Position numbers and translations under genes: made by a program. 37,167 nt of DNA from Trichomonas gallinae (Eukaryota), in the NCBI GenBank assembly GCA_008369845.1, contig MRSU01007905.1, positions 1 to 37,167 of the forward strand, written 5' to 3'. Shown here piece by piece: positions 28,954-37,167 of the stretch (positions within the stretch are counted from its first letter, which is position 1; each line of letters starts with the position of its first letter). The notes below the pieces were generated by a model, which did no database searches, was not told the origin of the DNA, and was given only the letters and a program-made list of their open reading frames with translations.

Positions 28954-29529
28954 TTAATTAACAAAAATTCCGATTTCCTCGTCACTTTCGAATATATTCG
29001 TAGGTTTCCCTTGAGGGAACATATTTCTCATCAAACGATTAAACAATTCTTCACCACTTGAATTTCCTACTTGTAAATGATCTTTATCTTCCACAGCTTC
29101 TATTGGTTCTTCGTATTTAGGAGATTTCTTAGAGCTTTTAACACTACTAGTTGATTCTTCGATTGCATAATCATTTTTTTCTAGATATTTCCATCGATTT
29201 CTTATTGAATTACTAGTTCTTCCGGGCAAATATCGGGCAAAAATATTCCATTTCTTTCCGTACTGATTGTAAAACTGCATAATTAGCTGATCTTCTTTAT
29301 CGCTCCAATTTTCGTGTTTGAGTTCATCGCGAAGATAATTCTTGTATCTTTCTCTACATTGTCTAGGGGTTCTTGTCACCATCATTCGCGAAATCTCCTT
29401 CCAGGAAACAGGTCCCTCTGTAGATTCTACGAGCTGCTTAAGCCTTATATCCTCCTCGGCGGTGAACTTCGATTTACCGCCGGCACATCCAGCATTCGGA
29501 GGAAACCCAGAAGGCAATAGTCTATCCAT
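28954..29529 (-). CDS. R2R3 Myb-domain transcription factor
   Basis: KFTAEED.RLKQLV..WKEI..RTPRQCRERYKNYL and WSDKEDQLI..YGKKW..LPGRTSNSIRNRW; ATG start at 29529 (MDRLLP). Confidence 0.93.
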   Translation of the reverse strand: MDRLLPSGFPPNAGCAGGKSKFTAEEDIRLKQLVESTEGPVSWKEISRMMVTRTPRQCRERYKNYLRDELKHENWSDKEDQLIMQFYNQYGKKWNIFARYLPGRTSNSIRNRWKYLEKNDYAIEESTSSVKSSKKSPKYEEPIEAVEDKDHLQVGNSSGEELFNRLMRNMFPQGKPTNIFESDEEIGIFVN

Positions 29530-31727
29530 ATTTTTGAATAAAGTAAAATACAAACTAATTTCAAAGCGTTTTTCAATATTTATTATGTTTTGAGAGAACT
29601 CAATCAAATATTTGAAACATAGTCATAATATCGGTAAAGAAGATATCAGTAATATCAATAGCTAAGCATTTTTTGAAGGTTTTTAATTTCAAATTTTTCA
29701 TAACCATATTAATTAATGGTCATTAATATACTTGGGCTAATCCCTCTCAAAATTTTTCAATTTAAAATTTTGAATGCAAAAACAGCTTTTATTAATATTT
29801 TATCTTGTATTTTATATGGGCATTTAATCTATGACTTTTACAATTTCTATCAAAAAATTGTTAGCATTAATTTGGGCATAAATTGGTAGCTATCAGCATA
29901 TATTATAAGTCTTTCTGATAAAATTTGAAAATTCTATAAAATTCTAAAAATTGACATTGAGTGGATATTGAATGACTAAAAATATAATTATTTAATACTG
30001 TTTGTAACATGGTATAAATTTTGCACTCAAATAACGTGGAATCAGCAAGAACCAAAAATTGTTTGCTTGAAAACCAGTTTATTTTGATTAATTCTCTTGG
30101 GGAAATGATAGCTATAGCTAATAAAAGAATAAGTAAATGCTTAAATCGAAAATATGATCAATTGTCATTCATGAAATCAATCCTGTGGACGGGGATAACA
30201 GATATTTTACATCATCGAATATCTTAAAAGCATTATTACCATATTTAAATTGTTTCTATTAGGTTACTCCTGTTTTACATGGTATTATTTTATCTGAGGA
30301 TTATCAATTAGAAGATGCAATTAAGATTGTATATTGTCACTAGGTCTATTCTGTCTTATATGGTAGTATAAGTAGATTATGAGGCTTGTTAGTTCATTAA
30401 AATAGTTTTGTTCCATTAATTTCAACATTAGATTGAAAAAACGGTCAGGAATCGATCTAAATGAAATTTTTTTAATTAAATGTTTATGCTGACATCGATG
30501 TATGAAAATAATTAATCTTTTCCCTTGATAACAATTGAGATTAAAAAAATATATAGCGAAAACATGCATATGTGTGAAAATCTCAATCTAAATGTTGGAG
30601 CATCATGTAATTTTCGGTGTTAGAGGAGATCTATTAAAATATCCAGTCTCCAGTCAAAACTTGGAGAATCCGTTTTTGGAGTGTCATATTTATTGATACT
30701 TCATATGAGCAGTCATTTTTCGGGCTCAAAGTTTGATTATTGTGTCAATAAAACTTCACAAAAAATTATTTCTCATAAAAAGTAACGTTGATTATAAAAT
30801 AAATATGAACTCGGGGTAGTTGGTCGTTTTGCGGTGTTGGTAGATAAATTAATGAAATTATCCTTAAATTGAATCAATTTACAGCAATCAACGCTCTTTT
30901 TAGAGATAATTATGAAGTACAATAATATAACTTGAGCGTTTGGTATATAATATGACCAAATCTATTCACAAAACAATAGGAATAATGATTTGAAAAATAA
31001 GATTTTAGATTTATCCAATAATTTTATATAAATGTTGTAGATAATCTGTTTGTGATTCAGAATTTATTAAATCACGTAATAAAAACGATATGTCCGCTCT
31101 GAAATTCTAAAATTTCGAGTTTTTATCATGCTATGATTCTTAATTTTTAATTGGGAAATCAACATCATCCCTATCTAAGCATAATTTATTTAGTAAAAGT
31201 CTGACATCATTCAAAACAACGATCCGTCAGATCGATTTTCCCTTATTCCTTTTAAAAACACTGGAACTTCGATGAAAATAGGGGTTTTGTAGGTTTACAA
31301 TGCAGAATATGCAAACTAGACCATGATTGTTCAATTTGTTGACAAAAGGAAATTGATGAAATTATTTTTTCGCCTCTTTGCGAAATTCGCTTTATTTAGA
31401 GGTGTAGAGTATCTTCATCTTTCTTTGCTTGCCTTCTCAATGCGTTAGATAGCTCACAAAAAATTGATAACTAGCGTAAAATATCAATTCAAAAATATAG
31501 TGACAATCATGCAGAAAACAGTGTATCTGTCAATAATATCGAATTAATAAAGGATGAGAAAGTTTTGAGAGCTGATCTACCCACAATTTCAGACCGATAT
31601 CTTTTCAATTTGATTTCGTTATTATAACTATTTAAATATAATTATCAAATAAAAAAATTGAATTAACAGAAAATTTGATAACTATCTACAAACGCTAAAC
31701 TATTGAAAAAATAGTCTATTTTTATTG

Positions 31728-32495
31728 ATGATGAGTTACTACTACTATCCTACCTCACCAGTTGCAGCTGCACTCCCTGCCCCATTTGCGATGCAGAAGG
31801 GTGTCGACAACTTCAGAACATCCATTATCTACTTGGTTGATTCACTTGAACATGAATCAAGGCAAACTTATACAATTACACAGTTATGCAGCAGGTTTGG
31901 ATTCCAGAGAAGACGTTTCTATGATGTAGTTAATGTTTTGGAGTCCGCAGGATGCTGTCAAAAAACAAATGTTGATTGTTTCGTTTGGCTTGGCATGAGC
32001 AATGTTAGGGATCACTTGCAGACTTTGTCTGATCAAGTCAACCAGTCCTATGCTCAAGCAGATCTTGATGAGATTTTCTTAACAGGAGATTCTGTTACGA
32101 TTTCCAATTTAACAACACAGTTCCTCATGTCTTTCTTAGCTTTCAACAGAAATACATTGGACATCAAACAAATCAGTACTTTCTTATCCCGCAATAACAA
32201 TAGGTTCAAGACAACACTCTGCAAGTTATACCAGATCTCACACATACTCGAGGTTGTTGGAATTATCTCAAAGACAATGATTCCAGGCGAAGTATTACTT
32301 AATGACAAATATTTCCCAGAAATCAAAGTCAACAGTTCAAAGGTTTCATTGGACATCGAATCATTACTTAGCAGGCCAGTTCAGTCATTGGGTTCTCATG
32401 TCTTCAATGATAGATGGTCTGTTTTTAATAAGGTTCAGGAGATGAACCTCCCACGTTCTCCGATTATGATGTACCCTCAACCTATCTCTGCTTAA
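31728..32495 (+). CDS. E2F/DP-family winged-helix transcription factor with two DNA-binding-like domains
   Basis: RRRFYDVVNVLESAG matches the E2F RRxYD motif; second degenerate copy SISNLT-like..CKLYQISHILEVVGIISK; ATG at 31728. Confidence 0.85.
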   Translation: MMSYYYYPTSPVAAALPAPFAMQKGVDNFRTSIIYLVDSLEHESRQTYTITQLCSRFGFQRRRFYDVVNVLESAGCCQKTNVDCFVWLGMSNVRDHLQTLSDQVNQSYAQADLDEIFLTGDSVTISNLTTQFLMSFLAFNRNTLDIKQISTFLSRNNNRFKTTLCKLYQISHILEVVGIISKTMIPGEVLLNDKYFPEIKVNSSKVSLDIESLLSRPVQSLGSHVFNDRWSVFNKVQEMNLPRSPIMMYPQPISA

Positions 32496-33270
32496 GTTTG
32501 TATATTTTATGTATATTAAATACTCATGTATGTTTAATTAAATTTTGAATTTTTTAAACTCTAAAGAAAAGTCAAAATTGTGCCTTATATGAAGCTAATG
32601 GACCACCACAAGAATAATTATTAAATACAAAACGAATTTAATTTACCGTCTTAAAATTCGTATAAATAAGGAATTTTATAAAAAAGTAATTCGTGTAATA
32701 TATTTCTGTTGTATAATTAGTTATAATAGTCGTTCAATAATTGCTCAAAACTCATTCTATCAAGCTGAATAATGATTTTTAAAAATCCCAAAACTAATTT
32801 TTTGCAAAACCATCATAAAAATATACAAAGTTCCTATTCATATTTTATAGAATTCTTGAAAATCGATTTCAAAAATCGTTCATTCATCGATTTTAGGGTC
32901 AAAATATAGTATTCTAGCCTGCAACCATTGCTTTCAAGCTCATTACGAAGCGTATTACAAAAATTATGCTTGCAATTAATCAAATTAATCAAAGTTTGCA
33001 TAGAAGCAGCAAGAAAGGTCAGACTACAACAAATATGCATTAAGTTCCCTATTGCAATAGAGCAATTACTTTCAAAATATTTCACGTAAAATTTTTCTCT
33101 TAATGATTTGAGTTCATTTACTCTTCATAAAATAGTACTCTAAGCTCATTAGAGTGTAATTACCATAGAAAACTTCGATATTTCAAAGATATTTTTTGCA
33201 AAATAAAATTTTAAATTACAAAGCAAAAACTTGATTTTATTTAATATAAAACGAAAACAAACAAAATACT

Positions 33271-34737
33271 TTACTCCGGAACAAGTTCATGACGATCTCT
33301 AAGATGAATAGAGTGGTAAGGTCCTTCATTCGTGCCTGGAAGCATGTAATATCCTGCATCCTGAGTGAAACATGGATTGTAAACAAGATTTGTTCGTTGT
33401 CCGATCGAAAATCTCGGAGATGTATTCATTGTGCGAGTTTTACCAGAAACATCGTAGTACGGTGGATCTGGCTCATGAACTCTATTATAAACAGCGCCGC
33501 ATTCGTCTTTAAATGAAAATGATGGAATTCCAGGTTTCGCTGCGTTGTAATCTGGATTGTAATAGCCTGGACCAGGAGTCTGGCCGTCATCAAGTGAGAC
33601 TGTCTTTGTAAATTTCGGTGGTTTCGCCATTTTATAAGATCTGCTGCTTCTCTCAACTTTGATATCGTAATAACCTGGACCTGGTGTCTGGTCTTCTGCT
33701 TTTGCGCGTATTCTTTCTCTGATTCTTTGAGCTTTGTTAAAATCTCTATTATCTCCGTAACCATATCCATAGCCCATTGAATCTCTTCCAGAGCCTCTTG
33801 CTGAGCCTGGGGCTGTTCTGGGAGATCTTGCTGAGCCTTGTCTCGATGACCATCCATATGTATCTGGGGATGCTGATCTTCTGCCAGTGATAGTGATGCC
33901 TTTTGGCTTGTCGAACTCAGACGGAATGTTGTAGTATGGCGCTGGGCTATTTCCGAATTCTTGTTTTATGTCTCTAGCGAAACTTTTTGAAAATGTCGTC
34001 GGCCTTGTGTCTTTTCCGAATGGTGGCAAGTCGAAGTCACCAGGAGAAGGTGTAATATCGATCTTTTCAACAGGCATTGGAACTTTCTGTCCAATTCTGT
34101 AGGTTTTAGAACTAATTTCTGGTCTAGGGTTGTAAATTGGTCCTGGAGAGAAGCTTCTTGGCGTAATCATATCATTTCTTGCTCCGAATGAACATGCATT
34201 GGAAAATGACTTGCGAGTCGGTTGTTGTCTCGGTGAATATGCATCAGGTCCTGGTGTTTCTCCTCTTAACGAGTAATCTTTCGGTCTGACACCAATAGAG
34301 ATCGGTGTTTGTGTCTTTGTTGGGTCCTGCCTTGTGTTATATTCAGCAGGTCCGTGTGGATTCGTGTTGTAACTTTTAACGCCGTTATTTCTTTTTGTCA
34401 TTGAAGACTGTATTGATTTACGGCGTCGTCCTGATCTCGCTGAGACAGGCTTCTTGCCCATGCCAGGAGGCATATATTCTGGACCAGGCATTTTCGTTAT
34501 TTCTCGATTTGAAGGACAGTAGTCTGGATCGTGTGGTGGAAGCATAACTTTGCGTCCATCAAACGATGATGGTAATGCTAACATGGGAACTCCTGCTGTT
34601 TCTGGGATTTTATCCGGAATTCGTTTTCGAATTGTGTATTTTAATGCGTCTTTGCCAAATTCTGAAGTGATGTTGTATGAACCTGGTCCAGGGTTCTCGT
34701 TTTTCAGTGTTTTCAGAGCCCAGTGTTCCTTACCCAT
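33271..34737 (-). CDS. STPG/ODF3 (SHIPPO) PG-rich repeat protein, probable flagellar or cytoskeletal microtubule-binding protein
   Basis: Repeated (T/N)PGPG.Y motifs preceded by Y/F(S/T)I/M segments throughout 488 aa. Confidence 0.85.
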   Translation of the reverse strand: MGKEHWALKTLKNENPGPGSYNITSEFGKDALKYTIRKRIPDKIPETAGVPMLALPSSFDGRKVMLPPHDPDYCPSNREITKMPGPEYMPPGMGKKPVSARSGRRRKSIQSSMTKRNNGVKSYNTNPHGPAEYNTRQDPTKTQTPISIGVRPKDYSLRGETPGPDAYSPRQQPTRKSFSNACSFGARNDMITPRSFSPGPIYNPRPEISSKTYRIGQKVPMPVEKIDITPSPGDFDLPPFGKDTRPTTFSKSFARDIKQEFGNSPAPYYNIPSEFDKPKGITITGRRSASPDTYGWSSRQGSARSPRTAPGSARGSGRDSMGYGYGYGDNRDFNKAQRIRERIRAKAEDQTPGPGYYDIKVERSSRSYKMAKPPKFTKTVSLDDGQTPGPGYYNPDYNAAKPGIPSFSFKDECGAVYNRVHEPDPPYYDVSGKTRTMNTSPRFSIGQRTNLVYNPCFTQDAGYYMLPGTNEGPYHSIHLRDRHELVPE

Positions 34738-34755
34738 CTTTCAAAATTCAAAAAT

Positions 34756-34773
34756 AAAGGAATAGAAACGGTT
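34756..34773 (-). promoter_or_regulatory. M3 (AACCGTTT) plus M5 (CCTTT) Inr-less core promoter of the STPG gene
   Basis: Minus strand AACCGTTTCTATTCCTTT about 19 nt before the ATG; matches the described trichomonad M3 and M5 elements in the expected order. Confidence 0.65.
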
Positions 34774-34863
34774 TTTATTTTTTTACAAATTATTTTTACG
34801 TGTTTTCGTTTTTAGCCTTTTTATGTGATATTAGGCCATGTTTCTCGTAAAAATTTTTCGTTA

Positions 34864-35230
34864 TTTTGAGTTTTTAAATTGCTCAATTTTTTCATCATCG
34901 ACAACATAAAATTTTATATAGTAGATTTAGTTTATCATACGGAAGAGGTTATATTGGAAAGTTGCTAAGATGTGATTTTGAGTTTTTCAATTTTTCAATT
35001 TTTTCATCATCGACAGTATAAAATTTCATATAGTAAATTTAGTTTGTCATATTGTATAGGTTATATTGAAAAGTTGCTAAATTATAATTTTGAGTTTTTT
35101 ATTTTTGATTTTTTTTCATCAGCGACAATATAAGATTTTACATAGTAAATTTAGTTAGTCATATAGTTGAGGTTATAATGAAAAGTTACTAAGTTGTAAT
35201 TTTGAGTTTTTCAATTTTTATTTCATCAAT
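34864..35230. repeat. Tandem repeat, 112-bp unit, about 3.3 copies
   Basis: TTTTGAGTTTTT at 34864, 34976, 35088 and 35200; internal TTCATCA.CGACA, ATAGTA.ATTTAGTT, GGTTATA.TG.AAAGTT.CTAA conserved. Confidence 0.9.
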
Positions 35231-35372
35231 GTTTGGATAAAGTTATGCATTTGCAGTAAACTTCCTAACGAAGTTCGAGCCTTGGTGCTTCTTCCATATA
35301 ATCAATATATGTACATAAGCATAATGTTTAGTTTACTAAGATTTTTATCAGATAATTTTAAACATATATCTT

Positions 35373-36656
35373 TTATAAGTCGGTTTTGATCATACCCTTT
35401 CGAGATTTATCGTTAACATAGTATCCAAAGAACGGAATTGTATAAATATCCGGAGATGTTTCTTGAATTCTTCCTTTTACAGCCCAATCAGGTTGTATTG
35501 ATGCATTAACAACGAGGTCAACTACATAAGGATTATTCAAGAATCTTTGATGCCTCCAGAACCAACCATCATTATTAACATCTATGCATCTGATTGAAGA
35601 CCATCTTGAGCATATGAATTTTGCACCATCACTTAGCACCATTCCATCACCACCAGTAAATTCAACTGTAGGATATTTTCTAAGTGCTTCACGAAATTCA
35701 AGTCTTCTCAAAGTGTTAATTCCGCTATTATATATAACAGTTGTAGGGAGTTCGTAGTCGTTTAATTCTTTACGTAGTATTCTAAGCGTTCTGTTCAATC
35801 CTGAAATATCATCACCGCGAACAAGTCCGAATTTAACCATATGGTTTGCAACTTGATGTGTAGAAATGTTAACTAATGGGAATCTAATCAATGTTTCGCC
35901 TGGAAAAACATTTAAATTAGGAAGTTGTGCAAAAGTGATTGGCCATGAGCGAAATGCACCTGCTACCCATTTATTCTTGAGGTACGGAATTCTTTCCGTC
36001 TCATTGTAAAGGTCTTCTAAGAATGGTCTAATTGATCCAGCAAGATCTGGCGCTACCATGACTGTATTCCTTATATTTGTATTCTTCCATCCCCATGTAA
36101 CATTCTTATATAAAAATCTTTGCATGACTAATGCTCCAGCATCGAATGCGATCAAAGTAACTTTTTTCTTGTTATCACCTCGCGCTTTTTCGATCAAATT
36201 CTTGAGATTTGTATAGTAATCGTCCATAAACATTGGAACACGACGAAAATCATATGGTGCTGCTAGTAAATCAACACCAGGTTTATATCCTTTTTTAATA
36301 AAAGCCTTAATTACGCCTGAAAAGTCGCCAGGGATGCCAAATGGTAGTCCAGGAATCTTGTATTTGTACATAATATCGTCTAATGGGCCGAATTTATTTG
36401 GTTTGATTGTAATATTGGGATATCTTGCAACATCAGAGTTATTCCAATGTTCCTGAAGCAAGGAGAATGTACATCGATCAATAGGTTTGATTATTCTTAA
36501 AATATTTCCCCACACCAATTGATTTTGTCCAGATCTAGGGCAAAGCCATGGTAAATTTGCATTTGTAAAGTTTGCATAAAGGTTGGAGCCATACATACCC
36601 GGAATTAAAACAATTGGTTTTTTCGAGGAAACAAAACTAATGAATTGAATCAACAT
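35373..36656 (-). CDS. LCAT / lysosomal phospholipase A2 (group XV)-like alpha/beta hydrolase with short signal peptide
   Basis: KPIVLIPGMYGSNL, lid Cys pair, AAPYDFRR, KKVTLIA, GDGMV, WRH; ATG at 36656 (MLIQFISFVSS). Nucleophile motif reads AFDAG instead of AHSMG. Confidence 0.88.
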   Translation of the reverse strand: MLIQFISFVSSKKPIVLIPGMYGSNLYANFTNANLPWLCPRSGQNQLVWGNILRIIKPIDRCTFSLLQEHWNNSDVARYPNITIKPNKFGPLDDIMYKYKIPGLPFGIPGDFSGVIKAFIKKGYKPGVDLLAAPYDFRRVPMFMDDYYTNLKNLIEKARGDNKKKVTLIAFDAGALVMQRFLYKNVTWGWKNTNIRNTVMVAPDLAGSIRPFLEDLYNETERIPYLKNKWVAGAFRSWPITFAQLPNLNVFPGETLIRFPLVNISTHQVANHMVKFGLVRGDDISGLNRTLRILRKELNDYELPTTVIYNSGINTLRRLEFREALRKYPTVEFTGGDGMVLSDGAKFICSRWSSIRCIDVNNDGWFWRHQRFLNNPYVVDLVVNASIQPDWAVKGRIQETSPDIYTIPFFGYYVNDKSRKGMIKTDL

Positions 36657-37004
36657 TTTTGTTTTTGGCAATGTCTCAATTTGCAGATATGATCCTTTGA
36701 TGTAATTTTATGATTGAATTTATCAAGATAAGTCGGAAATTGCAGTGAAAAATGACAAAATGAATCAAAATGCGTTGAGACTAGTATTGATATATAGAGT
36801 AGGAGATAAAGAGTGAAATATGATGATATGAAGCCAATTTATGAAATTAAAAATTTTGGTTTCTATAATGCATTTTGAAGGATTAAAATAGCTGATTTAT
36901 ATGACAGATATTGCATATATAATGTGATATATAAGCTTTGTTGCATCCAAGATTAGAATGAAATATAATATGGATATAAGGCTTTGTAATTTATATTCAT
37001 GATT

Positions 37005-37167
37005 TATAAGAAGGGGGGGAACTTCACTTTTTGGGTTGTCGGACATAAAAAGTGGAACGCAGAGAAGAAATGACCGAGCCAAATCTCTTTGAACTGCGCC
37101 CGAGCAATACACTTGGATGTGTTGTATATCCTCGGATACAATCCATATCCATAAGAATCTCTGCAAA
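37005..37167. other. GC-richer, coding-like edge sequence; probably the end of a gene or pseudogene extending beyond the window
   Basis: Composition shift; several frames are open (for example minus strand ..CRDSYGYGLYPRIYN..CPTTQKVKFPPFL*, or plus strand ATG at 37060); strand and frame cannot be fixed. Confidence 0.3.

Noticed and set aside
30640..30710. Possible BspA/TpLRR relic (SKLGESVFG)
   Set aside because: Single weak match with no 23-aa periodicity.
6366..33085. Small AT-rich intergenic ORFs (for example 6366, 12374, 13845, 23145, 23230, 28330, 28698, 30021, 30321, 32834)
   Set aside because: F/I/K/N-rich composition expected from random AT-rich DNA; many have non-ATG starts and none has a recognisable motif.
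37011..37060. G7 run plus hairpin as a Mutator-like terminal inverted repeat
   Set aside because: No partner end or transposase in the window; equally explained as coding sequence at the edge.

Overview
AT-rich eukaryotic genomic DNA, most consistent with Trichomonas vaginalis or a close parabasalid (inferred from intronless genes, very short 5' leaders with TCAYW Inr and M3/M5-type core-promoter motifs, and typical expanded families). No rRNA, tRNA, CRISPR array or intact transposase was recognised. Gene order: 5' end of a probable GTP-dependent PEPCK (runs off the left edge, absent from the ORF track); two tandem MATE transporters; PPP-family Ser/Thr phosphatase; WD40 protein resembling CSA/ERCC8; ankyrin relic; hypothetical protein; MdaB-like flavoprotein pseudogene; ankyrin pseudogene; TKL kinase with helical C-terminus; Gly-rich domain protein; CHD-like protein with a degenerate SNF2 ATPase; TRAPPC8/Trs85-like protein; R2R3 Myb; E2F-like factor with two winged-helix domains; STPG/ODF3-repeat protein; LCAT/PLA2G15-like protein. 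Most notable: a 31-bp identical promoter block upstream of both diverged MATE paralogs, a compact pseudoknot-capable 100-nt island between two pseudogenes, an LCAT with Asp at the nucleophile position, a probable pseudo-ATPase CHD, and two long ORFs with no in-frame ATG at their N-termini. All family assignments come from motif recognition by eye, not database searches.
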